From: Acidimicrobiia bacterium
GTDB lineage: Bacteria; Actinomycetota; Acidimicrobiia; Spongiisociales; ZC4RG35
Reading direction: 5' to 3'
DNA: 64,000 nt
Assembly (NCBI GenBank): GCA_050741915.1
Contig: JBOGEX010000057.1
Coordinates: 4,856-68,855 of the forward strand
Below, one piece after another: positions 20,904 to 33,391 of the stretch (the stretch's first letter is position 1; every line of letters starts with the position of its first letter). The notes below the pieces were generated by a model. The model saw only the letters and a list, made by a program, of their open reading frames with translations, was not told the origin of the DNA and ran no database searches. The translations under genes and the position numbers were made by a program.

Positions 20904-22306
20904 GCCCCGGGAGGAAGGGCACCGCTTTGATCGAAACACCGAGAGCCGGCGGGGAGGATCTTTCCCGGATTGAAGCGGCCCTGGGGATCGAAGGTTTCTT
21001 TTAGGCGCGCCTGGGCATCGAGGTCGGCGGCATTGAACATGAGCGGCATGAGGTCGCGCTTCTCCCGTCCGATGCCGTGCTCGCCCGAGAGGGCACCGCC
21101 CGCGGCCACGCAAACTTCGACCAACTCATCGGCAGCCGCTTGCACTCTTTCGATCATGCCCGGTTCAGAGGCATCGAACATCATGAGGGGATGGAGGTTT
21201 CCGTCGCCGGCGTGAAACACGTTCATCATCAGCAAGTCGTGACGCTGCCCGATCTCGTAAACCTTTTTCATGGTTTCCACCAGGCGAGTGCGAGGGACAA
21301 CAGTGTCATGGAGGTAGTAGTTGGGCGCCGCCTGGGCAACGGCACCGAAGGCGGACTTCCGACACTTCCAAAGCAGGGCGCGTTCGTCTTCGCCGGCGGC
21401 GACCTTCACCTCCAGCGCATTGTTGGCCTGGGCGACTTCGGCGATGAGATCGGCTTCAGCGACAACTCCGGCTGTCTCCCCGACCACCTCGGCCAACAAT
21501 ATGGCGGCAGCATCGGTGGGGAGGCCGGCCTGCAGCCAGTTCTCCACCGCCTGCACAATCCGCTGATCCATCATCTCCAGCGCCGCCGGCACCACCCCGC
21601 GAGCGATGACCCCCGAGACGGTGGCGGCGGCATCCGAGATCGAGGAAAAGGAACAGAGCAACGTGCGGATGTCGGGAGCGATCGGCGTCAGCTTCACCAG
21701 CGCCCGAGTGACCAACCCGAGTGTGCCTTCGGAGCCAACCATGACCCCTCTCAGGTCGAGCCCGATGGGATCCGGCGCCTCCGATCCCAGGATCTGAAGC
21801 GACCCGTCAGGAAGGACGACTTCGAGAGCGAGAACATGGTTGACGGTTGATCCTTCGGCGAGACAGTGCGGTCCCCCAGAGTTGTTGGCCACGTTGCCAC
21901 CGATCGTGCAGGCGGCTTGCGAAGAGGGGTCGGGGGCGAAGTAGAGGCCGTAGCGAGCCGCCGCCTTGGAGAGGTCGAGGTTGATCACGCCCGGCCCCAC
22001 CCAGGCCGTCCTCTTCTGCGGATCGATCTCGTGGATCTGATTCATGCGGGTGGTGACGAGGACGATTCCCCCCTCGGTCGGGACGGCTCCGGCGGCCAGA
22101 CCGGTGCCCGCCCCTCGCGCCACCACCGGAACCCCATGGCGGTCGGCGATCTTGACAATCGCGATCACTTCCTCAGTCGTCTCCGGGATTACCACCACCG
22201 TGGCATTGCCTCGGTACACCCCGGCATCGCGACCATAAAGATGGAGCTCGAGCTTGCTCTCCATCACCCGTTCCGGAGAAAGTGCGGCTCGTAATTCGTC
22301 GATCAT
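20894..22306 (-). CDS. glcD: FAD-linked glycolate oxidase subunit
   Basis: VVARGAGTGLAGGAVP-like motif, the FAD-oxidase C-terminal region GGALSGEHGIG, and gene order with glcE/glcF. Confidence 0.9.
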   Translation of the reverse strand: MIDELRAALSPERVMESKLELHLYGRDAGVYRGNATVVVIPETTEEVIAIVKIADRHGVPVVARGAGTGLAAGAVPTEGGIVLVTTRMNQIHEIDPQKRTAWVGPGVINLDLSKAAARYGLYFAPDPSSQAACTIGGNVANNSGGPHCLAEGSTVNHVLALEVVLPDGSLQILGSEAPDPIGLDLRGVMVGSEGTLGLVTRALVKLTPIAPDIRTLLCSFSSISDAAATVSGVIARGVVPAALEMMDQRIVQAVENWLQAGLPTDAAAILLAEVVGETAGVVAEADLIAEVAQANNALEVKVAAGEDERALLWKCRKSAFGAVAQAAPNYYLHDTVVPRTRLVETMKKVYEIGQRHDLLMMNVFHAGDGNLHPLMMFDASEPGMIERVQAAADELVEVCVAAGGALSGEHGIGREKRDLMPLMFNAADLDAQARLKETFDPQGRFNPGKILPAGSRCFDQSGALPPGAWV

Positions 22307-22318
22307 CTCGAGGCAAGC

Positions 22319-23854
22319 CTATTGCCTGCCCCAGCCTCCGCCCCCCGGGGTCCGCACCAACAAGCGATCGCCGGGCCGAACTGAGAGCGTGGTCTTTCCG
22401 GGCAGACGCTCAGGGACCGAGTTGGGACGGAGCAGCCAGTCTTCACCGGTGGCGCCCGGCTGGCCGCCGGCCAGGCCCCAGGGACGGTGACGGCGGCGCT
22501 CGCCAATGAGTGACAGCTCGGCCTTCTCCAGAAACTCGATCTCGCGCTCGAGCCCCTCGCCGCCTGGGTAGCGACCTTCTCCCCCCGAGCCCGAGCGGAG
22601 GGTGTATCGAGTAACCCGGAACGGATAGTGCATATGCAGCGATTCGATCGGGGTGTTGGCGGTGTTGGTCATACCAGTGTGGATTCCCGACTGCCCGGGC
22701 TTCTGGGGCCGGCCCCCCTGGCCACCCGCCAGAGTTTCGTAGTAGGCGAAGCGCTCGTTGCCGATGAGCACATTGTTCATCGTCCCCTGCCCGGCGGCGG
22801 GGACTCGGTCGGGCGCAACCTGAGCCAGGGCTCCAAGGAGGACATCAGCGATGCGCTGGCTGGTCTCCACATTTCCCGCCGCCACCGCTACCGGCGGTTC
22901 GGCGTTGACTAACGACCCGGGCGGCGCGATTAGGTGGAGAAGTCGGTAACAACCTCCGTTGGCAGGGATGGTGGGGTCGGTGGCTACTCGGACGGCGAAG
23001 TAGAGACAAGACCGCGTCACCGCTTCGACAGCATTGAGGTTGCCCTCTATCTGGGAATGGGTGCCAGAAAAGTCGGCGGTGAGATTCCCGTTATCGATTC
23101 GGACCGCCACCTGGATCGGAAGGTCGATCGCTCCGAACTCCATCACGTCCTCGAATCGATAGACACCATGTGGGAGCTCGCGCAAAGCCGCCTCCATCAG
23201 ACGCTCGCCGTAGTCGAGGAGGGCCATGGATGAAGCACCGAAGGCGTCGAGGTCGGAGCCGATGAGCTCGGTGATACAGGCGGCGCCGACTTCGTTGGCG
23301 CCGAGCTGGGCAGCGAGATCGCCGGCCCGTTCGACGGGCGTCCGCGTCGCCTCGATGAACGGCGAGAGAAACTGATCCTGCCAGCGACCGTCGAGGACCG
23401 CCACCATCGGGGAAACAACGCAGCCTTCCTGCGAAAGACGGGTGGCATCGGCGGGCATCGAGCCGGGGGCGTCTCCGCCGACGTCGGCGTGATGAGCGCG
23501 ATTGGCCACCCAGGCCACAAGTTCTCGGTCGACAAATACCGGTCGGACCAGTGTTAGGTCGTTCAAGTGGGTTCCGCCGGCATAGGGATCGTTGACCGCG
23601 TACTGAGCGCCCGGCCGGGGATCGAACCGGTCGATGATGGCAGCCACCGAGGCCGGCATCGACCCGAGATGGACCGGGATGTGCTCGGCCTGACCGAGCA
23701 TCTCGCCACCCGGTTCGAAGATCGCCACCGAGCAGTCCGCTCTTTCCTTGATGTTCGGTGAGTGGGCGGTTCGTCGCAGCACATCACCCATCTCGGTGGC
23801 CACCGCCGCTATCCGATGGCGAAACACCTCGAGGGCGATGGGGTCATCGATCAC
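22319..23854 (-). CDS. hyuB: Hydantoinase B / oxoprolinase family protein
   Basis: MIDDPIALEVFRHR...ERADCSVAIF and DPYAGGTHLND. GTG start. Confidence 0.9.
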   Translation of the reverse strand: MIDDPIALEVFRHRIAAVATEMGDVLRRTAHSPNIKERADCSVAIFEPGGEMLGQAEHIPVHLGSMPASVAAIIDRFDPRPGAQYAVNDPYAGGTHLNDLTLVRPVFVDRELVAWVANRAHHADVGGDAPGSMPADATRLSQEGCVVSPMVAVLDGRWQDQFLSPFIEATRTPVERAGDLAAQLGANEVGAACITELIGSDLDAFGASSMALLDYGERLMEAALRELPHGVYRFEDVMEFGAIDLPIQVAVRIDNGNLTADFSGTHSQIEGNLNAVEAVTRSCLYFAVRVATDPTIPANGGCYRLLHLIAPPGSLVNAEPPVAVAAGNVETSQRIADVLLGALAQVAPDRVPAAGQGTMNNVLIGNERFAYYETLAGGQGGRPQKPGQSGIHTGMTNTANTPIESLHMHYPFRVTRYTLRSGSGGEGRYPGGEGLEREIEFLEKAELSLIGERRRHRPWGLAGGQPGATGEDWLLRPNSVPERLPGKTTLSVRPGDRLLVRTPGGGGWGRQ

Positions 23855-23873
23855 AACGCACTGTCCACCAATC

Positions 23874-23914
23874 TGTGAAGGTTTGCGCGGGCACTGGCCG
23901 CGAGGACCTTCACA
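23874..23914. repeat. 41-nt palindromic (REP-like) unit 1
   Basis: tgtgaaggtttgcgcgggcactggccgcgaggaccttcaca. Outer stem TGTGAAGGT/ACCTTCACA is 9 bp perfect; inner stem is CGCGG/CCGCG. Confidence 0.85.
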
Positions 23915-23935
23915 GCTAGCACCTCCACGCCCTTT

Positions 23936-23976
23936 TGTGAAGGTTTGCGCGGGCCCTGGCCGCGAGGATCTTCACA
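23936..23976. repeat. 41-nt palindromic (REP-like) unit 2
   Basis: tgtgaaggtttgcgcgggccctggccgcgaggatcttcaca. Matches unit 1 at 39/41 positions, 62 nt downstream of it. Confidence 0.85.
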
Positions 23977-23984
23977 AGTATCTC

Positions 23985-25907
23985 TCAGGTCCATGCGATC
24001 TCGAGAGTCCCGTCAGTGAGAACGATGGCGCTCTCGCCGCGGTTGACAAAAGTGGTGGCCTCTGCCTCCTCGATCAGGGCGGGGCCAACGACCGTCGTTC
24101 CTTCACCGAGGAAGGGACGCCACCAACGAGTCGCTTCGGAACCGTCGGCCAGGGTCCTCACCCCGAGACCTGGCTCGCCCGCCTGAGGAGTGAACGACAA
24201 ATCGTCCCACGTCAGTGCCGGGGGAGCGGTGGCTGCGACTCTGATGGTCACCACTTCGACCTCGTGGTTTTCCAACGCGAACCCGTTGCGAATCCGATGA
24301 GCAGCGGTGAAGTCCTGGCGCAATTGCTCCGCTCCCGATCCTCGCCGGTACGCAACGTTGGTCTCATGCGATTGCCCTCGATAGCGGGTGTCGACGCTGG
24401 CGACAAGCGCAGTCGGAGAGGTGCCGAGGGAAGCCTCCATTTCCCGAGTCGCCTTCTGCTCGAGTTGGGCGAGGGTCTGGTCGAGATCGCTCAAGTCCCC
24501 TCGCAAGCGCACCGTTCGTACCACGTCTTGGCGCTTCGGGCTGAGCAACAAGCCCAGGGCCGAGAAAACTCCCGCATGGGGTGGGACGAGTACGGCAGGC
24601 ATGCCGAGCCCACGAGCCACGCTGGTGGCATGGAGACCGCCGGCTCCCCCGAATGCCACCAAAGCGGCGCTGCGGGGATCGGCGCCCTCTTCGATCGTGA
24701 CCCGGCGCACCGCCCCCTTCATATGGGTGTTGGCAATCTCCAGCATGCCCATCGCCGTGGTCGTTGGATCAATGCCAAGCTTCTCACCGAGACCAGCGAG
24801 AGCTTGGCGGGCGAGGTCGGAACGGAGAGCGGTTCCGTCGGCCAACTCCGTTTCCGATCCCAGCCGACCGATCGCCAGATTGGCGTCGGTGACCGTTGGC
24901 TCAGTGCCCCCTCTTCCATACGACGCCGGTCCCGGAACCGCACCCGCACTGTGGGGTCCGACTCGGAGAATCCCGCCCTGATCGGGCCACCCGATCGATC
25001 CCCCTCCGGCTCCGATCGTCTGAATCGCTACCGAAGGCAGCCGGCACACCAACCCATCGAGGGATCGCTCTCCGGCCATCTGGGGCTCGCCCATCTCGAT
25101 TCGAGAGACATCGGTGGATGTGCCTCCCATGTCGAAGGAGATGACCCGCGCCCACCCGTGGGCTCTCCCACACGCGGCGGCGGCGATCACTCCCCCGGCG
25201 GGACCGGAGAGCAGGATCGACGCCGCCAGAGCGGTGGCACCGGAGATCGATGTCAGGCCCCCGGAGGATCTCATCACCAGGATCCGCTCCACATCGAGGC
25301 GTTCGTCGAGGGCGAGAAGATACCGAGCCACTACTGGCTGGAGATAGGCGTTGAGCACCGTGGTCGCGATTCGTTCGTACTCGCGGAACTCGGGGTTGAC
25401 TTCGTGCGACACGCTCAGGGGCAAAGAGGGATAGCGACGGGCAATGGAATACGAAATGGACCGCTCAAGGGAGGGGTCCGCGAAAGCGTTCAGAGTCGCC
25501 ACCGCCACCACCTCCGGGGCGGCCTCATCGATATGTTGAAAAAGCTCCTCCTCCGATTCCCACCCAATGCGACGTTCTCGTGGGATCAGGGCCTCAGCTC
25601 GATCCGCATCCGAGTCGTAGAGCGAGGGTCGAACCTGGCGGCCAATCTCGATGAGATCCTCGTAGCCGCGGTCCGTTACGAGGAGCGTTCGTCCCCCTTT
25701 TCGTTGCAATAGGGCATTGGTGGCCACCGTCGTTCCGTGCAGCAACAACTGCGGGTCTTTTGGCAATGAACCAAGTCCGGTGACGATGCCGTCGCTCTGT
25801 TCGGCAGTTGTCCCGACCTTGGCCGTGCGCAGGCGCGAGCCATCCCAGTGGACGAAGTCGGTGAACGTCCCCCCGACATCTACTCCGACGACATTCCGCG
25901 AATTCAC
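23985..25907 (-). CDS. hyuA: Hydantoinase A / oxoprolinase family protein
   Basis: N-terminal VGVDVGGTFTDFV, then FDMGGTSTDV. GTG start. Confidence 0.9.
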   Translation of the reverse strand: MNSRNVVGVDVGGTFTDFVHWDGSRLRTAKVGTTAEQSDGIVTGLGSLPKDPQLLLHGTTVATNALLQRKGGRTLLVTDRGYEDLIEIGRQVRPSLYDSDADRAEALIPRERRIGWESEEELFQHIDEAAPEVVAVATLNAFADPSLERSISYSIARRYPSLPLSVSHEVNPEFREYERIATTVLNAYLQPVVARYLLALDERLDVERILVMRSSGGLTSISGATALAASILLSGPAGGVIAAAACGRAHGWARVISFDMGGTSTDVSRIEMGEPQMAGERSLDGLVCRLPSVAIQTIGAGGGSIGWPDQGGILRVGPHSAGAVPGPASYGRGGTEPTVTDANLAIGRLGSETELADGTALRSDLARQALAGLGEKLGIDPTTTAMGMLEIANTHMKGAVRRVTIEEGADPRSAALVAFGGAGGLHATSVARGLGMPAVLVPPHAGVFSALGLLLSPKRQDVVRTVRLRGDLSDLDQTLAQLEQKATREMEASLGTSPTALVASVDTRYRGQSHETNVAYRRGSGAEQLRQDFTAAHRIRNGFALENHEVEVVTIRVAATAPPALTWDDLSFTPQAGEPGLGVRTLADGSEATRWWRPFLGEGTTVVGPALIEEAEATTFVNRGESAIVLTDGTLEIAWT

Positions 25908-25922
25908 GGGCAGAATCGGTGC

Positions 25923-26171
25923 ATGCAGGTCGATCCCACGCCCAACCCCAACGCCGTCAAGTTCACCATCGGCAGGCCCGTCGGTGGGCCGGCCACTTTC
26001 GTTTCTTCCCAGCCCACCGACAACGAAATGGCGTCTGGTCTTTTGGCTATACCGGGAGTCACCAGTGTGTTTCTAACAGCGGACTTCGTGACGATATCGA
26101 AGACTGTCGAAGCCGACTGGGGAGAGATCATCCCCGCCGCCACCGACATTCTCTCCGAACACTTCGGCTAG
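25923..26171 (+). CDS. Nfu/NifU N-terminal-domain protein (Fe-S scaffold-like)
   Basis: TPNPNAVKF...GV(T)SVFL..DF(V)TI(S)K pattern. ORF 25848 trimmed to ATG 25923. Confidence 0.7.
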   Translation: MQVDPTPNPNAVKFTIGRPVGGPATFVSSQPTDNEMASGLLAIPGVTSVFLTADFVTISKTVEADWGEIIPAATDILSEHFG

Positions 26172-26222
26172 TCGGCTTGGGTGAGTTGTCGGTCCGGGGC
26201 TATCAGCCGATACCAAGCCGAC
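26171..26222. terminator. Candidate bidirectional hairpin between convergent genes
   Basis: GTCGGCTTGG (26171-26180) pairs with CCAAGCCGAC (26213-26222), with further pairing possible in the loop. No clear U-tract. Confidence 0.35.
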
Positions 26223-26225
26223 CGG

Positions 26226-27071
26226 CTAGCCGGCGACCGCAGTTCCATCGGGTGAGAACCATCTGACGACGGGCCAGGAACCCCCGAGGGAATCCTCCAG
26301 GGCCACCACGACCCGCCAGAGATCGCCCACCGGGCCGCCAGCGAGCACTGTTCCGGTTTGGGAAGCGGCGGACCTGATGCCTTCGGGTATCTCCGCGCTG
26401 GGAAGCTCGGTGGCCGGAAGGAGATGGGGGAGCTCGATTTGCTCGGGAAAGTCGAGAAGGCGCCAGCCTTCTCGCTGCCAGCGCAGGGTCCACGCCAGGG
26501 CCTGGATCGGGAGTCTCCGGTACTCGTCGCTGCCGAGGGCGGACAGCAGGCTCGCCCGCACTACCACCCGGTAGAGACCTGGACTCTCCTCGGTCACTGA
26601 GAGCGCCCGGACCGATTCGACGAATACCCGCTGGCCCTCGGCGGGAACGGGAAGCGGCGAGTCTGGGGGTAGATAGGGGGCGAGGGTCGAAACCCCCGAA
26701 CCGTCGACCCCCCAGTAGGCCTCCGTCAGCACCTCGGCCCAGGCCGCAGCTTCGCCCGCCACGAGACCGGCCGGGATCGCCATGAGCTCAGCCTCGGTGA
26801 GGGCGGCAGAGCTCGAAGATGTCACCGTGGAAGCGACTGTGGTCGCGCTCGCACTCACGCCGAGGGTGGGGGCCACAACAGTCGGAGCATGTGTTGTTGG
26901 CACCGGATCGCCTCCAGAGACAAGCGCAGCGGTGATCCCGGCTACGGCCAACGCCCCCGCCAGGCCGTAGGCGGCCAGGCGCCAGTTGACCGGGCGGGAA
27001 GGTGCCGACGAACTGAGATGGCCCCAGGGAATGCGCTCGAACTCCTCGGCGTCATGGGGCGGGTCGCTCAC
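26226..27071 (-). CDS. Hypothetical membrane-anchored protein
   Basis: 281-aa ORF with one TM (LAAYGLAGALAVAGITAALV) and a Ser/Thr/Ala-rich linker. Confidence 0.6.
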   Translation of the reverse strand: MSDPPHDAEEFERIPWGHLSSSAPSRPVNWRLAAYGLAGALAVAGITAALVSGGDPVPTTHAPTVVAPTLGVSASATTVASTVTSSSSAALTEAELMAIPAGLVAGEAAAWAEVLTEAYWGVDGSGVSTLAPYLPPDSPLPVPAEGQRVFVESVRALSVTEESPGLYRVVVRASLLSALGSDEYRRLPIQALAWTLRWQREGWRLLDFPEQIELPHLLPATELPSAEIPEGIRSAASQTGTVLAGGPVGDLWRVVVALEDSLGGSWPVVRWFSPDGTAVAG

Positions 27072-27190
27072 TGCTTGAAACTACAAACGGTTTCACTCGA
27101 CTTCAATACCCCTGGGCGAGACGGCTATGGCATCGAGGAAAAGTGATGCCGCCTCACTACCCTTGACCGACTCATGCCGGCACCAAAGCC

Positions 27191-27781
27191 TTGACGACCA
27201 ATTACGACCCCAAGCCCGGGCGGTGGATGCTTCCGCTGGTGGTGCTGGCGATGGTGGCATTCACCTATCTGTTCGTGAGGGAGTTGCCCAACGCGGCGCA
27301 AGGTTCTGAGAACGGCACCAGCACCACGGCCGGGGGGTCAACTACCACCACGGGTGACGGCACTACGACCACTCGCCCCGTCATTGTCGACGAGGCCACC
27401 CGGGCCTACCTCGACACTCTCGCTCCCTATCAAACCCGAATGACCGAGATGCAGACTCAATTGGCTTCCGCCAATAGCGGCTGGGATGCCAACCCGCGCA
27501 CGGTCACTTTTGACCAGGCCGAGGACGCGTTCGTCGCGGTGGCGGAGGGGGCGTCGGCCCTGGCCGCGGAATTGGGCGGGGTCGCACCGCCGCCCGTTCT
27601 CACCGAAGCGCACAACGCCATCGCCACCGCCGCCCAACAGGCGGCGGAAGCGGCTAACAACGCCCTGGCCGGTTTGCGAGCGCCGAGCCCTGACACCGGC
27701 GAACAGCGCCGGACTGCTGTGGCTGCATTCGATGCCGCGGTCACCGCTTTTGCCCAGGCGATCGCTGGCGCCGGAGCTTGA
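27191..27781 (+). CDS. Hypothetical membrane-anchored protein
   Basis: 196 aa with a TTG start, TM WMLPLVVLAMVAFTYLFV, a Thr/Gly-rich linker and an Ala-rich helical C-terminus. Confidence 0.6.
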   Translation: MTTNYDPKPGRWMLPLVVLAMVAFTYLFVRELPNAAQGSENGTSTTAGGSTTTTGDGTTTTRPVIVDEATRAYLDTLAPYQTRMTEMQTQLASANSGWDANPRTVTFDQAEDAFVAVAEGASALAAELGGVAPPPVLTEAHNAIATAAQQAAEAANNALAGLRAPSPDTGEQRRTAVAAFDAAVTAFAQAIAGAGA

Positions 27782-27785
27782 GGCC

Positions 27786-28736
27786 ATGACAATCGAGGTT
27801 CGCCCGGCCGCCTTCGACGACGCGGACTCCTTCCGGCAGGTCATGGCCCATGCTTTCGGCTTTGACCCGAACGAGAAAACGCACGAGCGCTTTCAAACTA
27901 TGTGGGAGCCAGATCGATCGCGTTGTGCCTATGACGACGGAAAGATGGTCGCCACCTTGGGCACGTTCTCCTTGCAACTGTCGGTCCCCGGCGCGGTCTT
28001 GCCGGCAGGCGGAACGTCGATGGTGGCCGTACTTCCTTCGCATCGACGTCAGGGTCTGCTGCGGAAGTTGATGGTGGCCCACCTCCAGGACGTGGACGAG
28101 AGGGAGGAGCCGCTAGCGGCGCTATGGGCTTCGGAGTCTTCGATCTATGGGCGCTTTGGGTTCGGGACCGCCTCGTCCTCGGTCGACATCAAAGCTCCGA
28201 CCGCCTACGGATGATTCCATCGGCTGGCGCCAGAGCCAACTCCGGTGGAACTGATCACCTCCGACGAAGCCCGCACGGTCCTGCCTCCAATCCAAGACAA
28301 GATCAGGTCGGGGTGGCCCGGGATGTTCGCCCGCAACGAGGCCTGGTGGGCCGGCCGTTGGTTTCTCGATCTCGAGGCTGAGCGCGATGGGGCAACCAGC
28401 CTGCGCTTTGGAGTGACGAGCCACGGTGATGGCTATGTGATTTACCGACAGAAGAACAGGTGGTCGGAGGGAAACCCGGGAGGGGAGGTTGTAGTTGACG
28501 ATCTCGTGGCGGAGACACCGGAATCGTGGTCGGGTCTCTGGACTTTCGTTCTCAATCATGATCTCACGAGTCAGGTCATCGCCGACCTCCGCTCGGCCCA
28601 GGACCCACTGCTCGATTTCCTGGCGGCCCCCCGGCGGACCTCGTTGCGGCCAGGCGACGGATTATGGGTTCGCCTACATGACCCTGCCCGGGGATGTTCT
28701 CCTGGGACCCGGCGCCCTGGTGCCCCGAGGTGTTTT
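27786..28736 (+). pseudogene. Eis-like GNAT acetyltransferase, disrupted by an in-frame TGA and lacking its C-terminal domain
   Basis: 27786-28211 (...VAVLPSHRRQGLLRKL...SSIYGRFGFG...TAYG) and 28215-28690 (FHRLAP...GDGLWVRLHDPA) are in the same frame and separated only by TGA at 28212-28214. Recalled M. tuberculosis Eis aligns throughout, with RFARFH opposite AYG*FH. The ~100-aa SCP2-like C-terminal domain is absent. Confidence 0.7.
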
Positions 28737-28740
28737 AGAA

Positions 28741-28792
28741 CGCGAACCCAGGGTTGTAGACGTTGTCCAACAGCGTCTACAGCCCAGAGAAC
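28741..28792 (+). repeat. Stop-proximal hairpin element, copy R2
   Basis: cgcgaacccagggttg|tagacgttgtccaacagcgtcta|cagcccagagaac. The 15-bp stem has two G-U pairs in this orientation. It abuts the glnA stop at 28794. Confidence 0.85.
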
Positions 28793-28793
28793 G

Positions 28794-30218
28794 TCAGACG
28801 TCGTAGAAGAGGTAGAACTCGTAGGGGTGGGGGCGGAGACGAATGGCATCCACCTCGCGCGCCTGCTTGTACTCGATCCAGGTCGAGATGAGCTCCTCGG
28901 AGAACACACCACCGGAGAGAAGGAAGTCGTGGTCCGCTTCCAACGCCGCCAGCGCCTCGTCCAACGAACCCGGCACCGAAGGAAGGTTGCGCAACTCCTC
29001 AGGGGGCAGGTCGTAGATGTCCTTGTCCACCGGGTCGAGCGGTTCGATCCGGTTCTGCACGCCGTCGAGGCCAGCCAGAAGCATGGCCGAGAAGGCCAGG
29101 TACGGGTTGCAGCTTGGATCCGGGCAGCGGAACTCGAGACGCTTGGCGGCAGGCTTCTGGCTGTATTGCGGGATGCGGATGGCGGCCGAGCGGTTACGGG
29201 ACGAATAGACCAGGTTGACCGGGGCCTCGTAGCCCGGCACCAGCCGCCGGTAGGAGTTGGTGGTGGGGGCGGCGAACGCCAGGACCGAGGGAGCATGCTT
29301 GAGTAGTCCACCGATGTACCACCGGGCCATGTCCGACAGCCCCGCATACCCCGCCTCGTCGTAGAACAAGGGCTTTCCATCCGACCAGAGCGATTGGTGG
29401 GTGTGCATCCCTGAGCCGTTGTCCTCGAAGATCGGCTTGGGCATGAAAGTCACGCTCTTCCCGTGGGCCCAAGCGACGCTTTTCACGATGTACTTGTAGA
29501 GAGTCACCTTGTCGGCCATCCGTAGCAAGGTGTCATAGCGCATGTCGATTTCGGCTTGCCCGGCAGTGCCAACCTCGTGGTGCTGCACCTCGATCTCGAT
29601 CCCCGCCGTCTCCAATGACGCCGTCATCTCCGACCGGAGATCCTGGAAATGGTCGGTGGGGGGGACCGGGAAGTACCCCTCCTTGTATCGAGGCTTGTAG
29701 CCGAGGTTCCCGCCCGGCTCTTCCCGACCGGAGTTCCAGGCTCCTTCTTCCGAGTCGACGAAGTAATAGGCCGAGTGCTGGTTCTGACCGAAGCGAGCCG
29801 AGTCGAAGATGTAGAACTCGGCCTCGGGGCCCCAGTAGGAGGTTTCGGCGATGCCGGTCGAGGTGAGATAGGCCTCGGCCTTCTTGGCGACGTAACGAGG
29901 GTCGCGATCGTAAGGCTCGCCGGTCAGGGGGTCATGGACGAAGCAATAGAGGAGGAGAGTCTTCCGGCTGCGAAAGGGATCGTCGACAGCCGAACTGGGG
30001 TCGGGGATGAGGAGCATGTCTGACTCCTGGATGGCCTGGAAACCCCGAATCGAGGAGCCGTCGAAGCCGTACCCCTCTTCGAACCCGTCTTCGGTCAATT
30101 GCTTGATCGGGATAGTGAAGTGCTGCACCTGACCCGGCAGGTCGCAGAAACGAAGGTCGACGAACTCGTACTCCCCGTCCTTGGCCATCTTCAAAACATC
30201 CGCCGGCGAATTCGCCAT
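28794..30218 (-). CDS. glnA: Glutamine synthetase type I
   Basis: [29 protein letters not shown] and [13 protein letters not shown]. Start set at ATG 30218, 8 nt after AAGGAG. Confidence 0.95.
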   Translation of the reverse strand: MANSPADVLKMAKDGEYEFVDLRFCDLPGQVQHFTIPIKQLTEDGFEEGYGFDGSSIRGFQAIQESDMLLIPDPSSAVDDPFRSRKTLLLYCFVHDPLTGEPYDRDPRYVAKKAEAYLTSTGIAETSYWGPEAEFYIFDSARFGQNQHSAYYFVDSEEGAWNSGREEPGGNLGYKPRYKEGYFPVPPTDHFQDLRSEMTASLETAGIEIEVQHHEVGTAGQAEIDMRYDTLLRMADKVTLYKYIVKSVAWAHGKSVTFMPKPIFEDNGSGMHTHQSLWSDGKPLFYDEAGYAGLSDMARWYIGGLLKHAPSVLAFAAPTTNSYRRLVPGYEAPVNLVYSSRNRSAAIRIPQYSQKPAAKRLEFRCPDPSCNPYLAFSAMLLAGLDGVQNRIEPLDPVDKDIYDLPPEELRNLPSVPGSLDEALAALEADHDFLLSGGVFSEELISTWIEYKQAREVDAIRLRPHPYEFYLFYDV

Positions 30219-30271
30219 GCAGCTCACTCCTTACTTCCGGTGCTAGTGGACCGGGCATTGTGCCGGAATAG

Positions 30272-32928
<2,657 letters not shown>

Positions 32929-32932
32929 GCCG

Positions 32933-33391
32933 ATGAAGGTGGCGATCGTCATGGGTTCGGGATCCGATCGCCCGGTCATGGAAAAGGCCGGACAAATGCT
33001 CGATCGATTCGGTATCGAATCCGAGACCCGAGTTCTCTCCGCCCACAAGACACCGGACGACGCCGTCGCCTTCGCCACGAGCGCGGCGGCCAGCGGGTTC
33101 AAGGTGATCATCGCCGGCGCCGGGAAAGCGGCTCACCTCGCCGGGGTGATGGCGGCCCAATCGCTCCTGCCCGTCATCGGCGTGCCCTTGAACGCTTCGC
33201 TCGATGGTCTCGACTCCCTCCTCTCCACGGTGCAGATGCCGACCGGGATCCCGGTGGCGACCGTGGCGGTCGACGGCGCGGTCAACGCCGCGCTCTTGGC
33301 CGTGGCGATCCTGGCGATCGATAAGCCCGAGCTGACCAGGCGCCTGGCCGATTACCGGGCACAGTTGGCCACCGACACGCTGGCCGGCTAA
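32933..33391 (+). CDS. purE: 5-(carboxyamino)imidazole ribonucleotide mutase
   Basis: [17 protein letters not shown] and [17 protein letters not shown]...PVIGVP. Confidence 0.92.
   Translation: MKVAIVMGSGSDRPVMEKAGQMLDRFGIESETRVLSAHKTPDDAVAFATSAAASGFKVIIAGAGKAAHLAGVMAAQSLLPVIGVPLNASLDGLDSLLSTVQMPTGIPVATVAVDGAVNAALLAVAILAIDKPELTRRLADYRAQLATDTLAG

Noticed and set aside
25908-25922. Only 15 nt separate the divergent hyuA (GTG 25907) and nfu-like (ATG 25923) starts, which could suggest a mis-called start or a leaderless pair.
   Set aside because: Both N-termini match their family patterns (VGVDVGGTFTDF and TPNPNAVKF). I could not support alternative starts or a regulatory motif from the sequence alone.
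28212-28214. Reading the in-frame TGA in the Eis-like gene as selenocysteine or programmed read-through.
   Set aside because: No SECIS-like hairpin follows immediately, the aligned residue in Eis is Arg rather than Cys, and the gene has also lost its C-terminal domain. A nonsense mutation is the simpler explanation.
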